A stretch of 64,000 nt of DNA from an uncultured Alphaproteobacteria bacterium. GTDB lineage: Bacteria; Pseudomonadota; Alphaproteobacteria; Rs-D84. Of this stretch, positions 9,825-18,175 are shown in pieces. Under the pieces are notes generated by a model that saw nothing but the letters and a program-made list of their open reading frames with translations, ran no database searches and was not told the DNA's origin. Numbering within the stretch: position 1 is the stretch's first letter; the number at the start of each line of letters is the position of its first letter. The position numbers were made by a program, and so were the translations under genes. The stretch is taken from the NCBI GenBank assembly GCA_934276735.1, contig CAKQTG010000001.1, positions 224,455-288,454 of the forward strand. The letters are read 5' to 3'.

Positions 9825-10505
9825 CTATTTTACCAATATTCGCGCCGTGTCGCGCATATCAATCGTTTTTATATCACGGGATAAAATTTTGTGATTTTTA
9901 TCCAGAACAATCAATTGTGCAATTGCGTCATTGGGTGTCTTTTCAGGTAACATGACCGTAATTCCACCTGTTGTAACTAAATTCCAGCGACGATTTTCAA
10001 TCCATTCCATGTAATCCAGGTCGCCAATCAAATTATGCGCCACGTCAGTTATTTCGCCAACTTCTGATGGTAATGGGCCACGAAATAATACTGTTCCGGA
10101 TTTACGTTCGGTGTCCGGTTGGTTCACGATTGTGCCATCGGCCGACAATGGAAAGTAATTCTGACCATCAGTCCACAGGGCAACGGCCCGGTATAACTTT
10201 ACACGCACGACCAAATTGCCGTCGGCGCGGCGATTAACAGCCGATGCACGCACGCCCGGCACCGCACCAACGCGGGCGTTCAGTGCGTCCAGGTTAACGG
10301 AAAAAGTGTCTGTTCCTGGTGCAACTGCGGCGGCCGCGACCAGGGCGGATAAATCCTTGTCCCGGATATCCGCAGATATAGAAATATTGCGCACACGCGA
10401 CAATGTTGTATGTCCCATTGTCGTCATGATAATTCGCACAGAAAAGTATATCGCCAGCAAAATTGCGACAATAAAATACAGCCAAAACCAGATTGTTCGT
10501 TTCAT
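9825..10505 (-). CDS. ftsQ: cell division protein FtsQ (POTRA); ATG at 10505 within longer ORF
   Basis: N-terminal TM helix (WFWLYFIVAILLAIYFSV), POTRA-like region, position immediately upstream of ftsA. Confidence 0.75.
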   Translation of the reverse strand: MKRTIWFWLYFIVAILLAIYFSVRIIMTTMGHTTLSRVRNISISADIRDKDLSALVAAAAVAPGTDTFSVNLDALNARVGAVPGVRASAVNRRADGNLVVRVKLYRAVALWTDGQNYFPLSADGTIVNQPDTERKSGTVLFRGPLPSEVGEITDVAHNLIGDLDYMEWIENRRWNLVTTGGITVMLPEKTPNDAIAQLIVLDKNHKILSRDIKTIDMRDTARILVK

Positions 10506-10564
10506 GGCTATAATTATATCACAAAAAGCCCCGCGATAAAAGCGGGGGTAAATAAAAATTAAAA

Positions 10565-10945
10565 TCAACTGGCGCGTAGCAAATAACCGCGTCTAAACAT
10601 ACACCTGCGGTATGCGCCGACAGTTTTAGATGTTGTATTTCGTGGCACCGACATCAGGGCCCGCTGACCCGCGTCGGTATATTCATTGGATTGAAATGTC
10701 ACCCACAGACCGTCCCAGTCCGGCATTTGGCCACTCTGGTTCGGGGCCAACAGTTTGGCAATACGGCTGCGTGGCATATATGACGGCTTGGTTATCCCCA
10801 GGCATGCCTTGTGGTCACGAACAAATTGTTCCATGGTGACGGATTCATTTTCCCAATTCAAAACCGTGGCATCGTCAATGTTGCCACGATTTGGGGACGC
10901 ACATGCCGCCAGTGCCATTATTAATGCCAGATATTTTATTCTCAT
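10565..10945 (-). CDS. small lipoprotein, hypothetical (126 aa)
   Basis: Signal peptide with lipobox LAAC-A (MRIKYLALIMALAACASP). Confidence 0.55.
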   Translation of the reverse strand: MRIKYLALIMALAACASPNRGNIDDATVLNWENESVTMEQFVRDHKACLGITKPSYMPRSRIAKLLAPNQSGQMPDWDGLWVTFQSNEYTDAGQRALMSVPRNTTSKTVGAYRRCMFRRGYLLRAS

Positions 10946-11021
10946 GTTTTATATTATAATTTATTTGCCTTTGGGGGGCAATAGTTTTTATAATAGGCAT
11001 AACAAGGAGAAAGAGAATATC

Positions 11022-11348
11022 ATGGCAATAACAGTTGCTAATTTTATAAAGATGGCAAACTTCTATAACCAGATGGCAAAAATGATGTCAGCAATCTGTG
11101 TAGAAAAGGGTGGCATAGCGATGGAAAATTATGTCGGGCGTTTCTTTGCGGCCGATACGTTGGAATTCGTTGCCGAATACGGACGTCGCCTGGTGGCGCA
11201 GCGGCCCAGTGACCTGACACCGGAAATTGTTGGGGTGATTGAACGCTTTGAAGAAAGTTACAAACGGGTCAAGGATTTAACGACACCAACACAGAAACCA
11301 ATTTATGAAATGACATTGGCAGAATTTGAAAAAATTATGAACATATAA
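11022..11348 (+). CDS. hypothetical protein (108 aa)
   Basis: ATG preceded by aaggagaaagag RBS; the upstream part of ORF 10755..11348 is antisense to the lipoprotein gene. Confidence 0.45.
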   Translation: MAITVANFIKMANFYNQMAKMMSAICVEKGGIAMENYVGRFFAADTLEFVAEYGRRLVAQRPSDLTPEIVGVIERFEESYKRVKDLTTPTQKPIYEMTLAEFEKIMNI

Positions 11349-11352
11349 AAAC

Positions 11353-12723
11353 GTGGCAAAGGAGATGTGGCGGATGAAAACAATGAAAAAAATATTTGGT
11401 GGGGCCATGGCAATAACGCTGGTGGTGGCGTTGCTGGCGGCGTGCACCCAGAAAAATGCCGCGACCGATATGCCCCAGTATGATACGGTGACGGTTGTAG
11501 ATAACCTGGTCATTGATGAAAATTCGGTGCCGATTTTCCCGAAAAAGGCGGCACTGACCACAGATACAGCACGTCGCTTTTCCCTGGATTTGCCAAAGCG
11601 GTGCGAGGTAAATTGGGATAACCAGGCGGTTGTTTCCGTTGTTCCCGAAGAAAAAATTGAAATTATTCGTCTGAATACCGGTGACGCGTTGCCAGAATTA
11701 CAGGTGTCGGACTATGAATTCAAGAAATTGACGGTAAAACGTGCATTGGATAAATTGCTGGACGGAACAGATATATCGGTCATAGAAGACGAAGAAATGA
11801 TTGAAACTGTATCTGGCTCAATCAATTCTGGTAAATTGTCTGATGCGGTTGAACTGATGGCCAAGATGGGGCGTGCGTATTATTCCTATGATGCCGACGC
11901 CGGCGAAATTCATTTGACGCATCGTGCAAAATGGTTGGTAAAAATGCCACACGACCAATCTATTATTATGGCGTTGATTGACGCAATGCGTGGCGCAGAT
12001 GTGCGAAATCTGTTGGTGGACTGGAACGACAAGACGTTGGTGTTTGAAGGAAATTACCAGACCGAGCGCGAGGTTTCCAGAATCATTGCTGATGTCGCGT
12101 CCAAGAAATATATGCTGGCGTGGGACATTGATGTGTATCGCGTGTACCCACGCACAGACAATCCGATTGTTTGGATGAATATGTTGCCGGCATTTGGGGA
12201 CAAAAATATTAAAATGTCTATCCCAGGCGTGGTGGGGCGTGCGCTGGTTGTGGGACCGGAAATTAATACCAAGACGTTGCAAGAATTCTTGTCGCAACAG
12301 GCAAACGTAGTTTTGATATCCCAGGGTCAGTTTGTAATTCCAAACGGTTGGCAATCGCGTTTTGATATCGGGCAATGCAGCAAGGAAGAACGCCTGGAAA
12401 CAGATTTGATTATTGGTGCAACGGGCAAGTATGGCGATTTTGGCGGCCGTGATAAAATTGATGCGAAAATCGTTTTGCGAACCAGTAATGGCGAATTGTC
12501 ATCGTTTAACATTCCGTCAAGCATTGGTGATAACTATGTGATTATCGGTATTCCGACGCATTCGTTCGTGACAACACCTGAAACGCTGATATCACCGTTT
12601 GCAGAATTAGTTGTGTTTATGTCACCGCGTGTGATTTCCATTGTTGATGCACACGCTGCACCAAGTGGCGCGTCTGCGCCACTGGTTGGTGACGCATTAC
12701 GTAAATTTTTACGCCAAGAATAA
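11353..12723 (+). CDS. secretin-like outer-membrane lipoprotein (lipobox LLAAC; start may be 11386)
   Basis: Lipoprotein signal MKKIFGGAMAITLVVALLAACTQ. The C-terminal third resembles the secretin domain (VVLISQGQFVIPNGWQSRFDIG ... DNYVIIGIP ... AELVVFMSPRVI, cf. secretin terminus ELLIFITPRIV) but lacks the canonical GGL/PxLGxIPxLGxLF segment. Confidence 0.5.
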   Translation: MAKEMWRMKTMKKIFGGAMAITLVVALLAACTQKNAATDMPQYDTVTVVDNLVIDENSVPIFPKKAALTTDTARRFSLDLPKRCEVNWDNQAVVSVVPEEKIEIIRLNTGDALPELQVSDYEFKKLTVKRALDKLLDGTDISVIEDEEMIETVSGSINSGKLSDAVELMAKMGRAYYSYDADAGEIHLTHRAKWLVKMPHDQSIIMALIDAMRGADVRNLLVDWNDKTLVFEGNYQTEREVSRIIADVASKKYMLAWDIDVYRVYPRTDNPIVWMNMLPAFGDKNIKMSIPGVVGRALVVGPEINTKTLQEFLSQQANVVLISQGQFVIPNGWQSRFDIGQCSKEERLETDLIIGATGKYGDFGGRDKIDAKIVLRTSNGELSSFNIPSSIGDNYVIIGIPTHSFVTTPETLISPFAELVVFMSPRVISIVDAHAAPSGASAPLVGDALRKFLRQE

Positions 12724-12742
12724 AGCAAGGGATATTATTTAA

Positions 12743-13999
12743 ATGTTATTTTCAAGACTAGAAAGAAAAATCGCATTCAGATACCTGGCCGCAAAAAAGC
12801 GCGGATTCGGTTCTGTTATTTCATGGGTGTCGCTGATTGGCATTACGCTGGGGGTTGCAACACTGATTGTTGTTATGTCAGTTATGGGCGGATTTCACGA
12901 AACGTTGTTATCGCGTATTGTTGGTATGAACGGTCACGTTGTTGTTTATCATCAGGACGGCGCAATCAGTGATTTTGATTATCTGATTGATAAAATGAAA
13001 CAGAACAAGGTTGTGTCAGCAAATGCAACTGGTATCGTTCCTATTGCCGAGGGGCAGGTTATGGCCACTGCCGGTGGTAATAATACAGGGGCGATGGTGC
13101 GCGGAATTCGTATGACAGACCTGACTGCCAAGACCCAGGCAGGAACAAAAATTTATGGCAAGAAATTATCCGAAATCCGTGATGGTGAATTGATTGCGGG
13201 GGCGTCACTGGCGCGCAGTCTGCGTATCGGTATGGGGGACAAGGTATCGTTGGTATCTGCCAATGGGGCGACGCCAACACCATTTGGTTCAATGCCACGC
13301 ATAATGTCATATCCGGTTATGTCATCGTTCTTTATGGGTATGTATGAATATGATTCTGGATATATATTTATGCCACTGGAAACCGCCCAGAAATATTTAA
13401 ACATCGGTAATGCCGTAACGCATATTGATTTGTTCCTGCGCAATCCCGAAGATACGACCGCCGTGCGCGATGCGTTGGTGCGTCTGTTGCCAGATGGTTT
13501 TGTCGTGCGTGATTGGCGCGAATTAAATCGTGGCTTTGTCGGTGCGTTACAGGTTGAATCAAATGTGATGTTCTTGATTTTAATGCTGATTGTCATTGTG
13601 GCAGCATTTAATATTGTGTCGTCGTTGGTAATGCTGGTCAAGGACAAGAACAAGGATATAGCCGTCCTGCGCACGTTTGGGGTATCGCGTAAATCGATGA
13701 TGAAAATATTTATTTTGTCTGGCACCAGTATCGGTGTTATTGGCGCGTTCTTTGGCACGGTGTTGGGTGTTATTGTCGCGATTTATATCGAGCCTATACG
13801 CCAGTTTTTCCAGTGGGCAACGGGGCGCGACCTGTTTCCGGCAGAATTGTATTATCTGTCTGAACTGCCATCTAAATTGGTGCCGGGGACTGTGATTGGG
13901 ATTGCGGTGCTGGCGATTGCATTGGCGTTTCTGGCGACAATTTATCCGGCATGGAAGGCTGCATCAACCGACCCGGTCGATGTGCTGCGAAATGAATAA
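12743..13999 (+). CDS. lolC: lipoprotein-releasing ABC transporter permease LolC/LolE (single-permease type)
   Basis: MLFSRLERKIAFRYLAAKKRGFGSVISWVSLIGITLGVATLIVVMSVMGGF is the LolC/E N-terminus; FtsX-like C-terminal TM bundle. Confidence 0.85.
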   Translation: MLFSRLERKIAFRYLAAKKRGFGSVISWVSLIGITLGVATLIVVMSVMGGFHETLLSRIVGMNGHVVVYHQDGAISDFDYLIDKMKQNKVVSANATGIVPIAEGQVMATAGGNNTGAMVRGIRMTDLTAKTQAGTKIYGKKLSEIRDGELIAGASLARSLRIGMGDKVSLVSANGATPTPFGSMPRIMSYPVMSSFFMGMYEYDSGYIFMPLETAQKYLNIGNAVTHIDLFLRNPEDTTAVRDALVRLLPDGFVVRDWRELNRGFVGALQVESNVMFLILMLIVIVAAFNIVSSLVMLVKDKNKDIAVLRTFGVSRKSMMKIFILSGTSIGVIGAFFGTVLGVIVAIYIEPIRQFFQWATGRDLFPAELYYLSELPSKLVPGTVIGIAVLAIALAFLATIYPAWKAASTDPVDVLRNE

Positions 14000-14018
14000 T
14001 GGTGTGGGGGCAAATCAT

Positions 14019-14729
14019 ATGGCAAATATTTTAAATTCTTTATCGCGTGTGAAAAAAGGTGACGTTGTCCTGTCTGTGCGCGATATTAAAAAGACATTTA
14101 TCGAAGGTGGACAGCCCTTGCACATTTTGCGCGGTGGCGGTTTTGATTTGCACCGTGGTGAAATTATCGCATTGGTTGGACAATCGGGATCTGGAAAATC
14201 TACGCTGTTACAGTGCGTCGGATTGTTGGATAAACCCACCAGTGGCAGCATTTTGCTGGACGGGGCGGCAACGAACCGCATGGACGAAGACACTCGCACA
14301 ATGATGCGTCGTAACAAAATCGGATTTGTGTACCAGCGGCATAATCTGTTATCTGATTTTACGGCATTAGAAAATGTTGTTTTACCAATGTTGGCGGCGG
14401 GCACAGACGAAATCACGGCAAACGGCCGCGCGATGAAATTATTACAATTGGCCAGTGTTGCACATCGTGCATCGCACCTGCCCGGGGAAATGTCCGGGGG
14501 CGAGCAGCAGCGCACCGCGGTTGCGCGTGCGTTGGCCAATAATCCGGAAATTTTACTGGCCGACGAACCGACTGGCAGTTTGGATCCAGCACATGCAACT
14601 GCGGTGTTTGATTTGCTGTTGGAATTGGTGCGCAAGAATAAAATGGCAATGTTATTTGTGACACACGATATGAATCTGGCCGCACGTGCCGACCGAACAA
14701 TCACAATTCGTGATGGAATTGTAAAGTAA
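14019..14729 (+). CDS. lolD: lipoprotein-releasing ABC transporter ATP-binding protein LolD (alternative overlapping start at 13992)
   Basis: Walker A GQSGSGKST, ABC signature LSGGEQQRTAVARAL, Walker B LLADEPTGSLD. Confidence 0.85.
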   Translation: MANILNSLSRVKKGDVVLSVRDIKKTFIEGGQPLHILRGGGFDLHRGEIIALVGQSGSGKSTLLQCVGLLDKPTSGSILLDGAATNRMDEDTRTMMRRNKIGFVYQRHNLLSDFTALENVVLPMLAAGTDEITANGRAMKLLQLASVAHRASHLPGEMSGGEQQRTAVARALANNPEILLADEPTGSLDPAHATAVFDLLLELVRKNKMAMLFVTHDMNLAARADRTITIRDGIVK

Positions 14730-14758
14730 TAACCAGAGCAACCAAGAGGAGAGAGCCC

Positions 14759-15610
14759 ATGAAAAAAATATCAACCACAAAATATGAAACCACCGTCCCC
14801 ACATCGCGCAAGGTTTGGGGTGTGCTGGCACTGGCCGGGTTATTTACATGCGGTGTATTTATCGGAACAACATTGAATAATAATCGCACGCCTGATACAG
14901 AATTTTCCGATGACGCATGTCGCGAATTGGCGGATAAAATTGCCGGCGAAACAGACGAGGCCACATTAGAACAACTGGGTGAAACATATTCCGAACATTG
15001 CACTGTGGACGCATCAGATCAGAATACAACCAGCCTGTCACGGTGCCAGTGGTTCGAGAAAATACTTTCTGCGCGCTTGTGTCCAGACGATAATCTGATG
15101 AATGATAGCTATTGCCTTAAACAAAATATTGATATTTATAAAAAATTGGTGACATACGGTTGCCCAGAAAATCGTGATAAATATGTTGAAATGGCGAGTA
15201 ATCAAGACACCTTATTGAATGCTGTGTTTGGTGAATACAACTTTGTAACCAAGGAAGTTTCAACATGTGAACGTATTGAACAATTGTTGAAGGGAAGATT
15301 GAACCCAAAAGATGTTGATAACTTTAATTATCATTTGGAAAATGCGGAAATCTATGCACGTCTGGCAGAACGTGGATGCCCAGAAAACGCCGATAAATAT
15401 CGTGCATTGGCCGCCAGTGAAATAGAAATCACAACGGCATTACAACCGGTTGAAGCTATGTCTGATATTGACGTGGCAGAGGTTGTTGATGTCTATAAAA
15501 AGGTGAAAATGCAGGCCGCCGCGCAACAGGTAATTGATACCCTGCAAAAGGTTTCTGAACCAACCATAGATTTTATTTTGAAACTGGAAAAAATTGTAAA
15601 TGAAGAATAG
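14759..15610 (+). CDS. membrane-anchored periplasmic repeat protein, hypothetical (283 aa)
   Basis: aggaga RBS; N-terminal signal-anchor WGVLALAGLFTCGVFIGTTL; internal repeats YKKLVTYGCPENRDKYVEMA and YARLAERGCPENADKYRALA. Confidence 0.55.
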   Translation: MKKISTTKYETTVPTSRKVWGVLALAGLFTCGVFIGTTLNNNRTPDTEFSDDACRELADKIAGETDEATLEQLGETYSEHCTVDASDQNTTSLSRCQWFEKILSARLCPDDNLMNDSYCLKQNIDIYKKLVTYGCPENRDKYVEMASNQDTLLNAVFGEYNFVTKEVSTCERIEQLLKGRLNPKDVDNFNYHLENAEIYARLAERGCPENADKYRALAASEIEITTALQPVEAMSDIDVAEVVDVYKKVKMQAAAQQVIDTLQKVSEPTIDFILKLEKIVNEE

Positions 15611-15620
15611 GGGGCGCGTT

Positions 15621-16265
15621 ATGAAACGTTTGTTTGTTGCGATTTCGGCACTGGTGTGTGTTGGGTGGACGGCGGCGCATGCGGCTGATGTTGCACCGCG
15701 TATGTCGTGCGCAGATATTAAAACCCAGATGGATACATTGTTCGCGCGTGATGATTTAACCGATGATGAATCAAAACAATTGACCGATATGCGCACAAAG
15801 TATCGTCGTGATTGTGTTAAACGTGCGGCGGGTGGTCGTGGTGCGCAAACTATTGCGGCCGCACGCGCACCGGTTGCAACCGATGATGCGAAAAATTCGG
15901 ACGCCGCCGCGGCCACACCTGGCGCACCATGTGATACCCCGGACGAACATGGTTGCTGTCCGGGTGAAACGTATACCGATATGGGTGACCAGGGATTTAA
16001 TTGTTGCCCGTCTGATGGCGGCATGTGCTTTACGCCAATGGTGCTGAAATCGGTTGAAAATACCGAAGTTCAAGACGATGCACCTGTCAAGACAGACGAA
16101 GAAATCGCGGCGGAAATAAATGCGAATATTGCGGCAGGTCTGTGCGCCGATGGCACCAAGCCGAATAAGTATGGTTGTTGTGCCGATGAATTGTTCCGCG
16201 ATATGGGCGGAACGTTCGCGTGCTGTCCAAAAACGGGCGGTGACTGTTTCCCGCCGATGAATTAA
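15621..16265 (+). CDS. secreted cysteine-rich tandem-repeat protein, hypothetical
   Basis: Signal peptide MKRLFVAISALVCVGWTAAHA. Two copies of the module GCCPGETYTDMGDQGFNCCPSDGGMCFTPM / GCCADELFRDMGGTFACCPKTGGDCFPPM. Confidence 0.55.
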   Translation: MKRLFVAISALVCVGWTAAHAADVAPRMSCADIKTQMDTLFARDDLTDDESKQLTDMRTKYRRDCVKRAAGGRGAQTIAAARAPVATDDAKNSDAAAATPGAPCDTPDEHGCCPGETYTDMGDQGFNCCPSDGGMCFTPMVLKSVENTEVQDDAPVKTDEEIAAEINANIAAGLCADGTKPNKYGCCADELFRDMGGTFACCPKTGGDCFPPMN

Positions 16266-16282
16266 GATAATGGGAAGTTGAA

Positions 16283-17902
16283 ATGAAAAAAATAACATTT
16301 ATAACAAGTGCATTATTGCTTTCGGCATGTGGTGGTGGAAGTGGCACCGGCACAATTGACAATCCTGGGGCAGATGTTGTTGTCCCAGAATACGCAGATT
16401 TTTTGACAACAAGTTTGGCTGAGACCCAGGATAATTCAGTTGAGCTGAACACGTATGTTGAGTCCGTTTTGGGCTCGGATGGTGAAGTTGTGTCAGAATC
16501 AACCGGGAGACGGTCTGGCACCCGAAAAGTTAAAAATCATCATCACGATGCTCAATATAATAGCAAGCAACTTGATGACATGAAAGATTTTTTTGATAAA
16601 GATGATGAGTATAAAAAAGAATTTATATCAAGAAATCGTGATTTGGTGAAACGGTATGCCAAACTTGCATGTGGTTGTGATATGAAGGATTTTGATTTTG
16701 ATGGAAGATCAGATGATGACGTTTTTCATCATTTAAAGAGTGATGCTTTTAGACCCAATGAAGTGTGGAAAAAATATCACTATCGTCAGGAACAACTGGC
16801 AAACCAGAAATTATATTCTGGCAGTGGTAGCCGTGATTGGGGTAATGGGTATGTAAAAATCACAAAGTTGCAAAATGGAAAAATAGCGAATATAAAGTTG
16901 TATGACGATTGGTATGAGCGCGAATTTAATTTTGATAAAGGCTCAGACAATAAATTTTACGCGACACCTTATTCTTATGCTATTCTATGTGGTGCAGGCT
17001 GTATTATTCAATATAACACAGACAATACAAACGAGAGTTTTGAAAGCATTAAGGCCGGATTGCAATACACGTTGGATTCATTCGTGTATCCGCTTACAGA
17101 GGAACAAAGACAGATAGCACAGGACGCTATTGATTCATTAACATCTGAAACTGCACCAATAATATTAAGTCAAACAGAAATGGAAGGTGGTTCGTATACG
17201 TCTGGTTTCTTTAAGATACCAAATCATTTTGCGGTGGATGTTCGTGCCTATGGCAAGCAGGTTGGGTTGCAATATGCTGATTTTGGTTCTGTCGTTGGTA
17301 GTCAATGGCTTGATGGAAAACGGAGCGAAACAGATAATGGCATTGGATATGTGTTCGCGGGTGGTTATGGTATAAAAAACATAAATAAACAAAATATCCA
17401 AGGTAGTATGAATTTCAAGGGGCAGGCTGTCGGTCATGTTATGTACCATGAAGAAAATGCAAATGGGGTTGCCACTGATGATTATATGTTTGTTAAATCA
17501 AACGCAAATTTGACATTCCAGGCCGATGGTACAGAAAAATTGTTTATGAATTTTTCTGACAATGCCGATGTAAACAAAAGGTGGTACGATGTTGAATATA
17601 CGAAAAAGGGTGATGACGTTAGCGTAACACTATCAAATGGCGACAGGATTGCCGCAGAAAATGCAAAATATAAGTTCAAAGATACTGAATATAGTGGAAA
17701 ATTTACACAAGAAATTGTTGATGAAAAGTATAATCGAATGATCTCGTGTGATTTTGATTCAAAATATTATGGCGATAATGAAAAACCGTCAGAAGCAACA
17801 GGTGTTGTAAACTTACTTGATCAAACGTGGGCCAAAGATAGTGCTGAAGATAAAGAATTATTTTTTACGGCGGCGTTTGGGGCTAAAAAAGATAAACGGT
17901 AG
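16283..17902 (+). CDS. surface lipoprotein, TbpB/fHbp-like C-terminal beta-barrel family (539 aa)
   Basis: Lipobox LLLSAC followed by a GGGSGTG linker. C-terminus ...LFFTAAFGAKKDKR matches the conserved FGAK ending of TbpB_B_D/lipoprotein_5 barrels. Clearly more AT-rich codon usage than flanking genes. Confidence 0.6.
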   Translation: MKKITFITSALLLSACGGGSGTGTIDNPGADVVVPEYADFLTTSLAETQDNSVELNTYVESVLGSDGEVVSESTGRRSGTRKVKNHHHDAQYNSKQLDDMKDFFDKDDEYKKEFISRNRDLVKRYAKLACGCDMKDFDFDGRSDDDVFHHLKSDAFRPNEVWKKYHYRQEQLANQKLYSGSGSRDWGNGYVKITKLQNGKIANIKLYDDWYEREFNFDKGSDNKFYATPYSYAILCGAGCIIQYNTDNTNESFESIKAGLQYTLDSFVYPLTEEQRQIAQDAIDSLTSETAPIILSQTEMEGGSYTSGFFKIPNHFAVDVRAYGKQVGLQYADFGSVVGSQWLDGKRSETDNGIGYVFAGGYGIKNINKQNIQGSMNFKGQAVGHVMYHEENANGVATDDYMFVKSNANLTFQADGTEKLFMNFSDNADVNKRWYDVEYTKKGDDVSVTLSNGDRIAAENAKYKFKDTEYSGKFTQEIVDEKYNRMISCDFDSKYYGDNEKPSEATGVVNLLDQTWAKDSAEDKELFFTAAFGAKKDKR

Positions 17903-17919
17903 GGCGAGTAATAAAGGGC

Positions 17920-17947
17920 TTGCGTTTTAGGAAAATTGATTTATAAT
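17920..17947 (+). promoter_or_regulatory. sigma70-like promoter for the tRNA-Gly/tRNA-Tyr pair
   Basis: TTGCGT (17920-17925), 16 nt spacer, TATAAT (17942-17947), about 20 nt upstream of tRNA-Gly. Confidence 0.45.
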
Positions 17948-17967
17948 AGGCAGGCTTTCAATTTGTT

Positions 17968-18042
17968 GCGGGCATAGTACAAAGGCTAGTATGCAAGCCT
18001 TCCAAGCTTGAAATGCGGGTTCGATTCCCGCTGCCCGCACCA
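17968..18042 (+). tRNA. tRNA-Gly (anticodon TCC), CCA encoded
   Basis: Manual cloverleaf: acceptor gcgggca/tgcccgc, D-stem gtac/gtat, anticodon stem caagc/gcttg with loop cttCCAa (anticodon UCC), T-arm gcggg-ttcgatt-cccgc, discriminator A, CCA. Confidence 0.85.
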
Positions 18043-18049
18043 AGAGATT

Positions 18050-18136
18050 GGGCGTGCGCCGGAGTTGGAGAGCCGGGGCAGACTGTAAATCTGTTGGCTT
18101 AAGCCTGAGCTGGTTCGAATCCAGCCACTCCCACCA
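18050..18136 (+). tRNA. tRNA-Tyr (anticodon GTA), class II long variable arm, CCA encoded
   Basis: Manual fold: D-stem ccgg/ccgg, anticodon stem gcaga/tctgt with loop ctGTAaa, variable arm tggcttaagcctga, T-arm gctgg-ttcgaat-ccagc. Acceptor gggcgtg/cactccc has one C4:U69 mismatch. Confidence 0.78.
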
Positions 18137-18139
18137 AAA

Positions 18140-18175
18140 TAAAACCACCCACGAACGTGGGTGGTTTTGTTTTGG
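18140..18175 (+). terminator. Rho-independent terminator after tRNA-Tyr
   Basis: Perfect stem ccacccacg/cgtgggtgg followed by ttttgttttgg. Confidence 0.75.

Noticed and set aside
10946-11021. G6 homopolymer (ttggggggca) in the promoter region of the 108-aa gene as a phase-variation tract
   Set aside because: Six Gs is too short for efficient slipped-strand variation. Noted only.
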